Positions 63,960 to 64,000 of a DNA stretch of 64,000 nucleotides are shown here, in pieces. This stretch comes from a virus (lineage: Duplodnaviria > Caudoviricetes). How positions within the stretch are numbered: the first letter of the stretch is position 1; every line of letters begins with the position of its first letter. A model generated the notes under the pieces. That model worked only from the letters and a program-made list of their open reading frames with translations. It searched no databases and was not told where the DNA came from. Where the stretch lies: IMG/VR virus record IMGVR_UViG_3300029288_000066, positions 96,001 to 160,000 of that record; one strand, 5' to 3'. The position numbers were made by a program, and so were the translations under genes.

Positions 63960-64000
63960 TTATTATGTCGATTTTTCCCCCATAATATTCATATGGGCAT

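Noticed and set aside
1-64000. CRISPR array
   Set aside because: No regularly spaced identical repeats; periodic GC-rich units are tRNA genes
1-64000. Stop codon reassignment as in some Bacteroidota phages
   Set aside because: Conserved genes are full length in the standard code, TAG and TGA end genes at plausible boundaries, and no suppressor tRNA is seen in this window

Overview
AT-rich, mostly minus-strand, gene-dense segment of a very large lytic phage genome, probably infecting Bacteroidota (TAnnTTTG host-type promoters, Bacteroidota-like metabolic genes); standard genetic code. It carries accessory genes (RtcB, Tpt1/KptA, RlaP-like nucleotidyltransferase, DnaJ, exonucleases, SpeD, deoxyhypusine-synthase-like protein, two radical SAMs, HD hydrolases, dCMP deaminase, CoaE, GH73-like hydrolase, a large fibre/adhesin), seven free-standing endonuclease genes, 32 near-canonical tRNA genes in four operons, an RNase P RNA and several unusual tRNA-like RNAs. 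Main discovery: each of the four tRNA operons is preceded by promoter, short leader ORF and a terminator/antiterminator pair, and each leader's codon run matches the amino acids of the tRNAs in that operon (Q/R/F/V; L/C; H/N/T plus K; I/K). This looks like ribosome-mediated attenuation that switches on replacement tRNAs when the matching host tRNAs are depleted. Other notable items: four ncRNAs sharing a covarying Y-RNA-like terminal scaffold (one with a circularly permuted tRNA), shared N-terminal tags on late-promoter effector-like proteins, a zinc-repeat/SF2 helicase/Rrp8-like methyltransferase fusion, RHH-RHH-HNH cassettes and an attC-like cassette. All calls are by eye; no searches were run.
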